Below are positions 38,146 through 49,129 of a DNA stretch of 64,000 nt, piece by piece (the first letter of the stretch is position 1; each line of letters opens with the position of its first letter). The notes under the pieces were generated by a model. The model was not told where the DNA came from, made no database searches, and saw nothing but the letters and a program-made list of their open reading frames with translations. The position numbers were made by a program, and so were the translations under genes. Source of the stretch: an uncultured Chloroflexia bacterium (GTDB lineage: Bacteria > Chloroflexota > Anaerolineae > CG2-30-64-16); assembly GCA_963774265.1 (NCBI GenBank), contig CAVZDU010000001.1, positions 448,001 through 512,000 on the forward strand. Direction: 5' to 3'.

Positions 38146-38778
38146 ATGCGTTTTGAGAATCCGCTGAAGCGGGTCGAACGGCTGAAGCGGGTCCGCAATC
38201 TGCCGGGCGAGAACACCGACGAGCGCGTGCCGCCTGGCCAATTCCTGACCGAAAAATTCCCGGTTCTTCACTATGGGTCGGTCCCGATCTATAGCAGCCT
38301 GAAAGACTGGGATTTTCGCGTCTTTGGTCTCGTTGAAGAACCGCTGCGCTGGAGTTGGGACGCGCTAATGAAGTTGCCCAAGCAAAACCAGACAGTCGAC
38401 ATCCACTGTGTCACTCGCTGGAGCAAGCTCGATACCACGTGGACAGGTATTCCGTGGCGCGAGCTGATGAAATTCGTTAAGGTCAAGCCAGAGGCGACGC
38501 ATGCGATGGCTCATTGCGAGCACGGCTTCACAGCGAATATTGGGCTTGACGTGCTGGATGATGACGACACCATGCTCGCGTACGAGTATGATGGGCATCC
38601 GCTGACCCCCGATCATGGTTATCCGCTGCGCCTGCTCGTCCCCAAGAAGTATTTCTGGAAGAGCGCGAAGTGGCTGCGAGGCATTGAGTTCATGTCCGGT
38701 GATCGGCCCGGCTTCTGGGAGCGCAACGGGTATCACATGGAAGGCGACCCTTGGCGGGAAGAAAGATTCGGCTGGTAA
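38146..38778 (+). CDS. Sulfite-oxidase-like molybdopterin-dependent oxidoreductase (YuiH-like)
   Basis: [46 protein letters not shown]; GGAGG SD before ATG 38146. Confidence 0.9.
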   Translation: MRFENPLKRVERLKRVRNLPGENTDERVPPGQFLTEKFPVLHYGSVPIYSSLKDWDFRVFGLVEEPLRWSWDALMKLPKQNQTVDIHCVTRWSKLDTTWTGIPWRELMKFVKVKPEATHAMAHCEHGFTANIGLDVLDDDDTMLAYEYDGHPLTPDHGYPLRLLVPKKYFWKSAKWLRGIEFMSGDRPGFWERNGYHMEGDPWREERFGW

Positions 38779-38796
38779 TCGCCCAATAGGTCATCC

Positions 38797-38827
38797 GGGG
38801 CCCCGCTGGTTCGGGGCCTTTTCTTTT
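38797..38827 (+). terminator. Intrinsic terminator
   Basis: GGGGCCCCG-CTGGTT-CGGGGCCTT followed by TTCTTTT. Confidence 0.75.
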
Positions 38828-38875
38828 GTGCCGGCCTGCGCTATGATGCCGCCGACTTCACAATGAGGCCTGTCG

Positions 38876-40426
38876 ATGATCAGCTATCAGCTTCGTCAGC
38901 GCGAGTACCTCTTGCAGATCAGCCGCGCCATGACCTCGCGGTTGGATCTGCCTTCTTTGCTTCGATTGATCCTGACCAGCGCGGCCGACCTGGTGCGCGC
39001 CGAAGCGGGTGTGGTCGCGTTGCGCCGGGGGCGGTCGTCAACCTTGGACATCCATGCCAGTTATGGCGTCCCGGTGGCACAGTTGTCGCGCTTTGCCCCA
39101 CTCCTGACAGGCTTCCCACTGAAGGCGGAGGACTACGCGCTTCCTGACCTGGAATCCCGTCTCAACCTTGTAGCGCGCGCCGTGCGCCTGCCGCTAAGCC
39201 AGGTCATCGCTCTGCCTCTGGTGGTGCAGGATCTTCTCTCAGGCGTCATTTATCTGTTCCGTAGTGGCGGCATCGCATTTACAGAGAACGACGAAGCGGT
39301 GCTTGCGAGCTTCGCGGACCAGGCAGCCATCGCAGTTCGCAACGCTCAACTCTATCATCAGATCAGCTCAGAGAAGCGACAATTGGATGCGGTAATCCAG
39401 CATAGCGCGGACGGTGTGATGATCTTGGACCCCGAGTTACGCATTCAGGTGTTCAATCACACGTTGAGCCGCCTCACTGGCTGGCCCGCGGATCAGGCGA
39501 TCGGACGTCCATGTTACCAGGTCATGGCGCTGGAGAAGGTGGATGGGGATGATCTGTGCAGCGCCGCAGGGGGAGAACCGGCTTTTCCTGAGGGCAAACC
39601 GTTGGTGGCCGATGGTGTGCTTGTCCGGCCGGGAGGCTCGCGCGTTTCTGTGAGCGTCACCTACTCGCCGCTGTATGATGAGGAAGGGCGCCTGACCAAC
39701 ATCATTGCCAACATCGTCGATGTCACGCGCTTCCGTGAGGCGGAGGAGATGAAATCGACGTTTGTGTCGGTGATTTCGCATGAGTTAAAGACGCCAGTCG
39801 CGCTGATTAAAGGGTATGCCAATACGCTCGCGCGTGAAGATGCCGAATGGGATCGCATCACGCTGCGCGAAGGCCTGCAGGTGATCGGAGAAGAGAGCGA
39901 CCGGCTTAATGCGCTGATCAATAATCTACTCGACGCGTCGCGCATCCAGGCGGGAGGGTTCAAGGTGGAGCGCGCGGACGTGGACCTTGCTGCGCTGGCG
40001 CGCGAGGTGGTCGAAAGCTGGCGTACGCAAACGGATCGGCACCGCTTCGTTCTGGACTTTCCCGTTGACTTCCCACTGGTTTTCGCGGATCAGGAGCGTT
40101 TGCGCCAGGTGTTCAACAACTTGCTGAGCAACGCCATCAAGTACGCACCTCAAGGGGGCGAAGTACGGGTCGGGGGCTGGCGCGACGGGGATCATGTCAC
40201 GGTGTACGTGGCCGATCAGGGCATCGGCATCCCTGAAGTCGATCAGGCGAACCTGTTCCAACGTTTCTATCGTGTCGATTCAAGCTTGCGCCGGTCGACG
40301 CAAGGTGCAGGGCTGGGGTTGTTCTTGTGCCGCTCGATCGTTGAGGCACACGGTGGGCGAATCTGGCTGCGCAGCGAGCCGGGCAAGGGGACGACGGTGT
40401 TCTTTACGCTGGCCGTGGAGGAGTGA
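38876..40426 (+). CDS. Cytoplasmic GAF-PAS sensor histidine kinase
   Basis: GAF ([12 protein letters not shown]), PAS, H-box [29 protein letters not shown]; no TM helix seen. Confidence 0.92.
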   Translation: MISYQLRQREYLLQISRAMTSRLDLPSLLRLILTSAADLVRAEAGVVALRRGRSSTLDIHASYGVPVAQLSRFAPLLTGFPLKAEDYALPDLESRLNLVARAVRLPLSQVIALPLVVQDLLSGVIYLFRSGGIAFTENDEAVLASFADQAAIAVRNAQLYHQISSEKRQLDAVIQHSADGVMILDPELRIQVFNHTLSRLTGWPADQAIGRPCYQVMALEKVDGDDLCSAAGGEPAFPEGKPLVADGVLVRPGGSRVSVSVTYSPLYDEEGRLTNIIANIVDVTRFREAEEMKSTFVSVISHELKTPVALIKGYANTLAREDAEWDRITLREGLQVIGEESDRLNALINNLLDASRIQAGGFKVERADVDLAALAREVVESWRTQTDRHRFVLDFPVDFPLVFADQERLRQVFNNLLSNAIKYAPQGGEVRVGGWRDGDHVTVYVADQGIGIPEVDQANLFQRFYRVDSSLRRSTQGAGLGLFLCRSIVEAHGGRIWLRSEPGKGTTVFFTLAVEE

Positions 40427-40427
40427 G

Positions 40428-41135
40428 ATGAAAAAACGCATCCTGGTCGTGGACGACGAACCGCGCATGCGCCGTTTTGTGCGGATGAATCTCGACCTGG
40501 AAGGATATGAGGTGATCGAGGCGGACAACGGTCTCGCAGCGCTGAACAAGGTGCGCGACGATATGCCCGACTTGGTGCTGCTGGATGTGGCTATGCCCGA
40601 ATTGGATGGATTCGAGACACTCGAGCATATCCGAGAGGTCTCGGCCGTTCCGGTGATCATGCTGACCGTGAAGAGCGATGAAGATGACCGTATTCGCGGA
40701 CTGGACCTCGGTGCTGATGATTACGTGACGAAGCCATTTAGCCCACGCGAGCTGTTGAGCCGCATCCGCGCCGTGTTGCGCCGCGTGGAGCCGGCAAAGA
40801 GCAGCGTGGAAGAGCCGCTGGTGGTTGATGAGGATTTGCAGATCGACTTTCCAAGGCGCACCGTGATTGCTCGCGGCGAGCACATCAAGCTGCGGCCGAC
40901 GGAGTATCGCCTCTTGTTGCACCTGGTTGACAACGCCGGGTGGATTGTGCCCCAGGAGACCCTGCTCTCCAAGGTGTGGGGGCCGGAATACCGTGACGAC
41001 AGTCAGTTGCTCCGTCTCTACATCACCTATCTGCGCAAAAAGATCGAGCCGGACCCTGCCAACCCGAGATATATCCTGACGGAACGTGGGGTGGGGTATC
41101 AGTTTGTGGATTACAAGAAGCGCCAGGCAAAATGA
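40428..41135 (+). CDS. OmpR/KdpE-family response regulator
   Basis: [24 protein letters not shown], winged helix ILTERGVGY. Confidence 0.93.
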   Translation: MKKRILVVDDEPRMRRFVRMNLDLEGYEVIEADNGLAALNKVRDDMPDLVLLDVAMPELDGFETLEHIREVSAVPVIMLTVKSDEDDRIRGLDLGADDYVTKPFSPRELLSRIRAVLRRVEPAKSSVEEPLVVDEDLQIDFPRRTVIARGEHIKLRPTEYRLLLHLVDNAGWIVPQETLLSKVWGPEYRDDSQLLRLYITYLRKKIEPDPANPRYILTERGVGYQFVDYKKRQAK

Positions 41136-41151
41136 GAGCGGGGTGCGCCGC

Positions 41152-42249
41152 TCAGGGATGCTGCGCAATTGCTGGCATCATTCGGTGCGCGCTGTAGATC
41201 GTGTTCGCGTGATGCGTGATGTACTCGTACGGCAGATACCCATAGCCGGGCGCCCAGGCCCCATCCCATGCCCATGGCTGCCATGAATTGCGCACCAGGA
41301 AATAGCCCCCGCCCGGCGTATTTGGATCGTCCTGGTACCCGACCAAGGTCATCGCGTGACCGTCCAACACCGGCTCACCGGTGAGTGGCAAGGTGATCTT
41401 CCCCCAACGCGCCATCGCAGGCGACCTGTACCAACTTTCGAAAACAGGCACGGCAAAGGCGATGGTGCGACCTTCGACCAGGCACGTCTTCATTCCGGTG
41501 ATATCGAGGCGGTTGAAAGCCAGCGTTTGTGCGGTGCGATAAGCGGGGTCGCCGTCAGCCGCACTCTCGGGAGGAGGTCCCTGCCCCTCGTCTGACCGCG
41601 GCGCACTCACGTAGGGCCAGACCACTTCGATGGGCGCACCCATCTTTGCCAGGCAGCGCATGCCGAGCGAGAGGTAGGTGCCGGATCGCGTGGGCAGCCC
41701 ATCGTGTTCCTTGCACCACCAGTAAACGTACTGTTCCGACAGGTCGACGTCGCGCGGCGCACTCGCTGCGATTTCCAACTGCTCCCGCACCGCGAGCGCC
41801 GCAAAGGCCACGCATGTGCTGCGGCGGCCCTGGTTGCGCAAGGGTGGCAGCTGATCGAGCAGGCTGTGGCTGGCAGGAAGGGGTGCGCGAAGGGCGCCCT
41901 CATAAGGCGGCAGATCCCTGTGGCGTTGTTGGACGATATCGGGATCGTCCAACAACGCCCCCAGGCCGTATTCTGTTTCGGCAACTTGGAGATCGATGGC
42001 CCTGGAGGATGTGTAGTGCGCCAGGGGGATCAATCGTTGCGCGGCATTCACAATGGGATCGAACGCCGACCGGTGGATGCCCAACGCGGTGGCCAGGCGA
42101 CCACGAGTCGGCTCACTAATCCCGTAGACGCCGACCAGCTCCTGCGCCGTGTTGATCCATAGGCCATTGAGCGTACGAATTTGTGCCGCATTAAGGCCGC
42201 GTACACTGGTTAGCGGAATACCGCCACGGATCAGTTGGGGAGGGGCCAC
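41152..42249 (-). CDS. C1 (papain-like) cysteine peptidase with N-terminal extension
   Basis: RNQGRRSTCVAFA, LSEQY, GHAMTLVGY, VRNSW, GYGYLPY. Confidence 0.87.
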   Translation of the reverse strand: MAPPQLIRGGIPLTSVRGLNAAQIRTLNGLWINTAQELVGVYGISEPTRGRLATALGIHRSAFDPIVNAAQRLIPLAHYTSSRAIDLQVAETEYGLGALLDDPDIVQQRHRDLPPYEGALRAPLPASHSLLDQLPPLRNQGRRSTCVAFAALAVREQLEIAASAPRDVDLSEQYVYWWCKEHDGLPTRSGTYLSLGMRCLAKMGAPIEVVWPYVSAPRSDEGQGPPPESAADGDPAYRTAQTLAFNRLDITGMKTCLVEGRTIAFAVPVFESWYRSPAMARWGKITLPLTGEPVLDGHAMTLVGYQDDPNTPGGGYFLVRNSWQPWAWDGAWAPGYGYLPYEYITHHANTIYSAHRMMPAIAQHP

Positions 42250-42262
42250 GCGTACCTCCGGT

Positions 42263-43442
42263 TCAAATCAGGCCGGTTTCCTTGCCCACCCTCTCGAAGA
42301 CGCTCAGGACGCGATCCATCTGCTCAAAGGTGTGAGTAGCCATGTAACTCGTGCGCAAGAGCTCGCGGCCGGGCTGGACGCCAGGCGAGAGCACCGGATT
42401 GACAAATACGCCTTCATCGAAAAGACGTTTCCAGACATAGATGGTCAGCATTTTCTCGCCGATCACCACCGGAATGATCGGCGTCGTGGAGTTGCCGATG
42501 TTAAAGCCAAGCTGGCGGTAGCCCTTCCGCATGTAGTCTGCGATCTTGCCCAGATGCTCCACGCGCTCGGGTTCGTCGCGCATGATCTTCAGTGCGGCCA
42601 ACGCGGCTGCGGCATTTGAAGGCGGGATGCTGGCGCTGAAGATTATCGAGCGTGCATGGTGCTTGATGAAGTGTACGACCTGCTCGTCGCCGGCGATGAA
42701 GCCACCCAAGGACGCGAATGACTTGCTGAAGGTGGACATGATGAGATCCACCTGGTCGGTCATGCCGAAGTGCGCGGCGGTGCCGCGGCCGCCCCCCAGA
42801 ATGCCAATGGCGTGCGCATCATCCACGAGGAGCCGGGCGCCGTATTTCTTGCACAGCGGGACCATCTCGGGCAGTGGAGCGATGTCACCCTCCATGCTGT
42901 AGAGGCCATCCACCACCACCAGTTTGCCCTTGTCTTCGGGCAGGCGAGAGAGCACGCGCTCCAGTTCCTCCATGTCCTGGTGGCCGAAGCGTTTGGTTTC
43001 ACCGTAGCTCAGTTTGGCGCCATCCACGATGCTGGCGTGATCTTCCTTGTCCAGGATCACGTAATCCCCGCGGCATACTCAGCGCGCTGATGGCACCCAG
43101 GTTGACCTGCATACCGGTGGAGAACACCAACGCAGCCTCTTTTCCTACGAATTGCGCCAGCTCGTGTTCGAGCTGCTCGTGCATCTCGAGCGTGCCGTTG
43201 AGAAAGCGCGAGCCGGTGCAACTGGTGCCATAGCGATGGATCGCTGCGATGGCGGCTTCGCGCACGCGCGGGTCAGTGGTTAGTCCCAGGTAGTTGTTCG
43301 ACCCGCACATGATCAAGCGATGGCCTTTGAACACCGCTTCGGAGCCTTCGTTCTCAGTCAGGGGAATGAAGTACGGGTAGTAACCCGCTGCGATGGCTTC
43401 TTTGGCCTCAGTGAATGCGTATGCCTTGTCAAAAAGATCCAT
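42263..43442 (-). CDS. spt: Alpha-oxoamine synthase, serine palmitoyltransferase-like; frameshifted near 43073
   Basis: [45 protein letters not shown] lysine in STFSKS; AAGGAG SD before ATG 43442. Confidence 0.75.
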
Positions 43443-43452
43443 GATTGCTCCT

Positions 43453-44433
43453 TCAGGAAATATAGCCGTGTTCGACGTACCAGCGATAGGCCCGAGCCAC
43501 AGCGTCGCGGAATGGAAGGATGTGATAATTGAGTTCTCGGATCGCCTTGCCCGAATCGAAAAAGACGTTATGGGCGGACAGGCGCAGTTGATCGCCACTG
43601 GCGATTGGGCGCGCCACAAAGTGGTTAGTCATATCGAGCGCTGCGGCGGCTGGCGGCAATACCCAGGCCGGAATGGTCCAGCGCGGCGCGCGGCGACCGA
43701 CTATCTCCGCAATGACAGCCGTGATCTCGTTGTAAGTCAGATTTTCGCCACCAAGAATGTAGCGCTCGCCGGTGCGGCCTCGCTCTGCCGCAGCCAGGTG
43801 GCCCTGCACTACTGCATCGATGTCGGCCACGCTGACCCCGCCGGGTGGCGCAGCGGGAAGGGGCCACTTTGCCATCTCGACGATCAGGCTTCCGGAGATT
43901 TGGTTGTGATCCCCAGGGCCGATCACAATGGCCGGGTTAACGATGACGGCAGAAAGACCGTGGGCGACCGCGGCGAGGACTTCTTGCTCGGCCAGGTGTT
44001 TGCTGTGAGCGTACGCCCAGCGCTCCTCATCGCGGCCGAGCGATTGTGTTTCGTCGGCCGGTCGGCCATTGCGGGGCGCCCCGAGCGCCGCAACGGATGA
44101 GGTGTAAACCATCCGGGGGATCCCCGCTGCCAGGCAGGCGTCCAGGACCGTCCGCGTCCCTTCGAGGTTAACCCGGTAAACCTCCTCACGACGCGCCCGC
44201 CAATAGGATGAAACGGCGGCAACGTGAAACACGACGTCGCACCCACGCACCGCTGCATCGACAGACTCGCGTTCTAGAATGTCACCGAAAACGCACTCCA
44301 CGTCCAGTCCATCAAGCGCGATCATACTCGAGGTCTTGCGACGCAGCACCCGCACGTGGTCGCCGCGGCGAACGAGTGCGGCGGCGACCTGGCTGCCGAC
44401 GAAACCCGTAGCGCCAGTGACGAGGGCTTTCAC
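43453..44433 (-). CDS. NAD-dependent epimerase/dehydratase (extended SDR; candidate ceramide reductase)
   Basis: [33 protein letters not shown]. Confidence 0.85.
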   Translation of the reverse strand: MKALVTGATGFVGSQVAAALVRRGDHVRVLRRKTSSMIALDGLDVECVFGDILERESVDAAVRGCDVVFHVAAVSSYWRARREEVYRVNLEGTRTVLDACLAAGIPRMVYTSSVAALGAPRNGRPADETQSLGRDEERWAYAHSKHLAEQEVLAAVAHGLSAVIVNPAIVIGPGDHNQISGSLIVEMAKWPLPAAPPGGVSVADIDAVVQGHLAAAERGRTGERYILGGENLTYNEITAVIAEIVGRRAPRWTIPAWVLPPAAAALDMTNHFVARPIASGDQLRLSAHNVFFDSGKAIRELNYHILPFRDAVARAYRWYVEHGYIS

Positions 44434-45564
44434 AGAGTTTTCTCGTAGATGCGATAGGTCTTGTAGCGCACGCCGCCAAGACGTTCGATGATTTGATTCA
44501 TCATCGTGTTGGTTTCCAGGATCCAGGATCCTTCAAGCCGCTTGTACCCACGGCGCAGCGCTTCCTCGGCGGTCTCCAGGTAGAAGATAGCGTCTGCGCC
44601 GCGACCGCGGTACTCCTCCATCATGCCCATGATCATCAGACGCACCTGGTCAATGTGGCGCCTGTGCCAGAGAAATTTGGGCAGGCCGAAGGGCCACATG
44701 TGACCGCCGCCCGACCGTTTGAGCGCCTGGTGCAGGTCGGGCATGGTCAGCGAGACCCCAGCGGGTTTGCCGTCTTCCGTTTCAGCAACGAAGATCAGGT
44801 TGGGATCGATCATGGGTTTGAGACTGGCCGCGAGATGGTCGATCTCATGATCGGTCATGGGCACAAACCCCCAGTTCTTCTGCCAGGCGCCATTATACGC
44901 CGCCTTGATTTTGATGACTTCTTCGTCGAAATGCTTCATGTCGATCTTGCGTACGCGCAGACCCTGCTTTTCAGCGGCCTTCCTGGCAACGCGGCGTAGC
45001 TTTTCGGGCGCCTCGGCCAACCCCTTTTCAATGTCCGAGAGCCAGGCATAGAGATCCATCGCCTTTATATAGCCAGCGTTTTCGATGAGATTTGGATAGT
45101 AGCGAGGGTTGTGTGTCATCATGAGCATTGGCGGTGTGTCGAACCCGTCGATCAGCGTTCCCACTTCGTCGTTCATGGAGAAGTTCAAAGGGCCGCGGAT
45201 AGCTTTCATCCCTTCCTGACGACACCAATTCTCGGCAGTCTCAAGCAGCGCATCTGCCACAGCCTGATCGTCGATGCACTCGAAGAATCCCCAGCCGCCG
45301 GCTAACTCGTTGTGCACCTGGTTGTGACGGTCATTGACCAACGCGCCGATGGTCCCCACCACCTCACCGAGCGCGTCGGGCTATGAAGAGCTGGTAGCGA
45401 GTATGCTCGTATAGCGGGTTCTTTTTCGTGTCGAAATAGGCCAGCCGTTCCTCGATCAGGGGGGGCACCCAGCAAGGATCGTCTTTGTACAGCCTGAACG
45501 GGAACTGGACGTATTCCACCATGCCCTTACGGGAATTGACGGGCTCGATGACGATATTGTTCAT
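44430..45564 (-). CDS. GNAT N-acyltransferase of bCerS/YghO type (candidate bacterial ceramide synthase); frameshifted near 45371
   Basis: FPFRLYKDDPCWVPPL, GFFECIDD, IRGPLNFS, GFDTPPMLMMTHNPRYY, NWGFVPMT, EYRGRG, SWILETN. Confidence 0.75.
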
Positions 45565-46418
45565 GATGCCTCCCCTGATGCGACTTCTCTTGAGGACTGC
45601 TGCGCGCGTTTGCGCCGTGAACGGGCGATGAGCCGATCCAGGACCGAGAATTGAAGGTCTCCCAGGAAATTCGCCAGATGTGCGACCGCGGTCATTTCAA
45701 TCCCAGGCGTGATCGAATAGCGTTTGTGCCTTATCCCGTCGACGATTGAACGCGCTACGATTTCGGGTGAGATAACGGTGCCGCCATACACGTCGCGCGT
45801 TTCCGGCGGTTTGTAGGGCATCTCCCCGGCAAGTTGCGGTGTGTCAGTATCGGGTGGGTAGACGACTGATACGTGGATATTGTACGGCTTGAGCTCGAGT
45901 CGCAGCACATCGGAGAGGCCCCGCAGCGCGTGCTTGGAGGCGCCATACGCCGAGTAGCCGAACACGCTTAGCAGCGCCGCACCCGATGCCACGTTGACGA
46001 TGTGTCCGGATCCACGCGCGATCATCCCCGGCGTTACAGCCCGAATCGTATGCAGCGCGCCGAAGTAGTTGATGTCCATCATCTCGCGAAAGACGGCGAG
46101 ATCGAGTTCTTGGAAATAGCCTGGCCGGGAGACGCCGTGCGAATTGATGATGATATCCGGCAAGCCGGCAACGCGCGTCACCTCCGCCACCGCGAACGCC
46201 GCCTGGTCCGGGTCGGCGACATCTGCAGGTATGACACCACACTTTTGGTCAGAGCACTCACAAGCTGCCTGAACCTCGGGCAGTGCATCCGCGAGGCGCC
46301 CTGGTGTGCGCGCCACCAGCCAGACATGCGCTCCCTCTCGGGCGAAGTGTCGAGCCGTTGCCAGTCCGATGCCGCTCGAACCGCCGGTGATGAGAATGAC
46401 TTGGTTACGGAAGGTCAT
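45561..46418 (-). CDS. Classical SDR, 3-ketodihydrosphingosine reductase (KDSR/FVT1/Tsc10)-like
   Basis: ITGGSSGIG, INYFG, FGYSAYGASK, ELKPYNIHVSVVYPPDTDTP..KPPET; start placed downstream of an extended -10 TGtTATAAT (46473-46468). Confidence 0.78.
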   Translation of the reverse strand: MTFRNQVILITGGSSGIGLATARHFAREGAHVWLVARTPGRLADALPEVQAACECSDQKCGVIPADVADPDQAAFAVAEVTRVAGLPDIIINSHGVSRPGYFQELDLAVFREMMDINYFGALHTIRAVTPGMIARGSGHIVNVASGAALLSVFGYSAYGASKHALRGLSDVLRLELKPYNIHVSVVYPPDTDTPQLAGEMPYKPPETRDVYGGTVISPEIVARSIVDGIRHKRYSITPGIEMTAVAHLANFLGDLQFSVLDRLIARSRRKRAQQSSREVASGEAS

Positions 46419-46498
46419 GAATGGAATACTCGGCTGGGTGGGATCGTTTCCGCGAGGTAACGACAGCATTATAACACGCTTATGATCTTATGCAAACA

Positions 46499-49129
46499 TC
46501 AGTTTTCAAGCGCCGCTCGCAACAGCGCCTCCGTAAGCATCTTCGTGTCCAGTGCATACTCGTGCTCCAGCACCGGGCCGACACATGCGGGACAACCGTT
46601 CTCGCAGGGACAGGCGGTTACAAGATCGAGCGCAGCCCGCAAGACATCGGGCATTGACGCGAACAGCTGCTCGGCATACCCCACGCCACCCGAGGTTCGC
46701 TCGTATACGGTGATCGTGGGCATCCCGGTTGCGGAGTCCTGTGGCTCGGCAACGATGCCCAGGTCACGGCCGTCGCACATAAGAAACAGCGGCGCAACCC
46801 CTTCGATCAACGCCGCGACGCCGCCGAGACCGGAGCGGGTTCGCACGCCCGATTCGGCGCGGTGGTGGCAGGATTGGCACAGTGTGACCAGGTTATCCAA
46901 CCGGTTGGCTGCTTGCCAGGCGAGGCCGACCGGCAGGTCTTCTCGTCGGCTCACGTCCGCGACGAATCCGCGAAACGGAATTTTGTGATGTACGTCGTGT
47001 TGGCGGCCCGCCATCTCGATCGTGCCGCAGCCCTGACAGCGATAGCCATCCCGCTGCCGGACCGCATTCCGTGTTGCTGTCCACTGCGGTCCATAGTCAT
47101 TGGGGTCCGACAACCATTCGCCGGCTGCCTTCAGCGCCTCGACGGTGTGCTCGGGAAACGCTAACCAGCAGCCTTGTGTGTCCAGCGTCTGCTCGGGCAG
47201 GTCCACCTCTCCGAAGCCAAGCACTTCGCCCGTGTTGCGGCGTAGAATTTTGTACCCTGTGGCCTGAGACGTCACGCGTACATCGCCCCAGCCCAGATCA
47301 TACGGCAACACCTTACCTGTGGCACGGTGCAAGTCTGTCTCGTCTGCTGCCGACCCGCGCACTATCTGTATCTCGATCTTCTCCGCCGTGATTGGGCGCG
47401 TGTAGAAGTCGGCGTCGATCGCGCGCACGGTGGCCGCACCCGCTTCCCAGTCGAGCTTCTCCACTACATAGGATGCACCCTCGTGCAGGTAGACCGCCCC
47501 CTTGTAGAGCAACAAGGGCACACCTTCGCGGTCCAGCTCGCCGATGACCACAGGCTTGCCGTCATCCCCATGCGCCTGAATGACGACCCGGTCGTTCCCT
47601 GCGTTTCGCAGCCCCAAGGCCTGAGCCGGATTGCCCTCGCCTGCCCAAAAGTAGCGACCGCCCGAAAGGTAGAGCTGGCCTGTCTCAACGAGGTCCGCGA
47701 GCAGTCCCGTTGTTGTAGAGACATTGCCCGCAACGTCTTCACTACCCCCTGGGTAGGAAACACCGAGTTCCTCGGTCTCTTGCAGGGGCAGTTCTGCCGC
47801 CGCGCAGGCGAGATGCCCGGCCAGGATGATTTCATTATCAGGGTTGATGCGCGCATGTTCGGGTGAGCGCTCGAGTAGCCACCGAGGATGGGTCACGACA
47901 TATTGGTCGAGTGGCCCCGCTCCAGCCACGAACACCGCGACCGATGCGCCCTGCCGGCGGCCCGCGCGTCCCATCTGCTGTCGCGCGCTGGCGATGGTCC
48001 CAGGGTGCCCGGCCAGGATGGCCGCGCCCAGATGCCCGATATCGATGCCCAGTTCGAGTGCATTCGTTGCCACCACTGCCCCCACCGCACCCTTTCGCAA
48101 ACCCTGCTCGATCTCGCGACGATCTGCAGGCAGGTAGCCTCCACGGTAGCCACGGGCGCGGCTGCGTGCGGGAGCCGGCAAGCGCTCGCGCAGGTGTGTC
48201 AACATCAACTCAGCCGCGAGTCGCGCGCGGCCAAACAGGATGGTCTGCACGTCGTGTTCGACGAAATGGGCCGCAAGGTCCGCCGACTCCTGGACAGTGC
48301 TCCGGCGGATCCCCAGGTTGGGATCGACCACGGGTGGGTTGTAAAAAAGCACGTGCCTTTCGCCCTGTGGCGCACCGTCCATGTCTGGCCCTACCACGGT
48401 GACCGGCGCCTCGACCAGCCGCTCGGCGAGTTCGCCGGGGTTGGCAATGGTTGCGGACGCGAGGATGAATTGCGGTGTGGATCCTGCCCCGTAGAATCGG
48501 CAGATGCGGCGCAACCGGCGCAGCACGTTGGCGACGTGTGATCCGAAGACCCCGCGATACACGTGCATCTCATCGATGACTACGACGCGCAGCGAGGCAA
48601 AGAACGCGGCCCAGCGCGGGTGCTGCGGCAAGATGCCCATATGGAGCATGTCCGGGTTGGAGAGAATGATGCGCGAGTTGTCGCGAATTCTTGGGCGCTG
48701 GGCGGAAGGCGTGTCCCCGTCGTACGCGGCGGCGAGACCGCCAAGGGGAGTGGCGGCAAGCAGCGCGGTCAGTTCCGCGAGTTGGTCGTGACCGAGGGCC
48801 TTGGTTGGGAAGAGGTACAGGGCACGGGCGCGTGGATCGCTCAGCAGGCGCTGAAGCACAGGCAGGTTGTAGCAGAGTGTCTTCCCGCTGGCCGCGGGTG
48901 TGGCCACCACAACATGCTCGCCGTTGAGCGCCGCCGTGACGCTTGCCGCTTGATGCGTGTATAGAGCATTGACCCCACGTGCAGACAACGCGTTCAGCAG
49001 CCTCTCGTCCAAGCCTGCCGGAAAGGGCGCGAACTGAGGCGCTCGCGCAGGGACTCGCTCCCAGCGCACGACATTGCTCATGAATCGCGGCTCGAATCGC
49101 AGGGCCTCGAGGGCGGATTCGACGGACAT
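46499..49129 (-). CDS. Hrq1/MrfA-type DEAH-box helicase (DUF1998) with inserted HNH domain
   Basis: LYTHQ, ASGKT, YLFPTKAL, DEMHVYRGVFG, ATNALELGIDIG, GRAGR, GGVGY, CPCENGCPACV; HNH insert RDGYRCQGC..DVHH..NLVTLCQSCH. Confidence 0.9.
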   Translation of the reverse strand: MSVESALEALRFEPRFMSNVVRWERVPARAPQFAPFPAGLDERLLNALSARGVNALYTHQAASVTAALNGEHVVVATPAASGKTLCYNLPVLQRLLSDPRARALYLFPTKALGHDQLAELTALLAATPLGGLAAAYDGDTPSAQRPRIRDNSRIILSNPDMLHMGILPQHPRWAAFFASLRVVVIDEMHVYRGVFGSHVANVLRRLRRICRFYGAGSTPQFILASATIANPGELAERLVEAPVTVVGPDMDGAPQGERHVLFYNPPVVDPNLGIRRSTVQESADLAAHFVEHDVQTILFGRARLAAELMLTHLRERLPAPARSRARGYRGGYLPADRREIEQGLRKGAVGAVVATNALELGIDIGHLGAAILAGHPGTIASARQQMGRAGRRQGASVAVFVAGAGPLDQYVVTHPRWLLERSPEHARINPDNEIILAGHLACAAAELPLQETEELGVSYPGGSEDVAGNVSTTTGLLADLVETGQLYLSGGRYFWAGEGNPAQALGLRNAGNDRVVIQAHGDDGKPVVIGELDREGVPLLLYKGAVYLHEGASYVVEKLDWEAGAATVRAIDADFYTRPITAEKIEIQIVRGSAADETDLHRATGKVLPYDLGWGDVRVTSQATGYKILRRNTGEVLGFGEVDLPEQTLDTQGCWLAFPEHTVEALKAAGEWLSDPNDYGPQWTATRNAVRQRDGYRCQGCGTIEMAGRQHDVHHKIPFRGFVADVSRREDLPVGLAWQAANRLDNLVTLCQSCHHRAESGVRTRSGLGGVAALIEGVAPLFLMCDGRDLGIVAEPQDSATGMPTITVYERTSGGVGYAEQLFASMPDVLRAALDLVTACPCENGCPACVGPVLEHEYALDTKMLTEALLRAALEN

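Noticed and set aside
42263-43442. Annotation as bioF or kbl
   Set aside because: No biotin or tdh genes adjacent; motifs and neighbours favour SPT, though a phylogeny is needed to be sure.
45364-45366. TGA in the bCerS-like gene as a second selenocysteine codon
   Set aside because: The downstream coding sequence continues in a different frame, so this is a frameshift rather than read-through.
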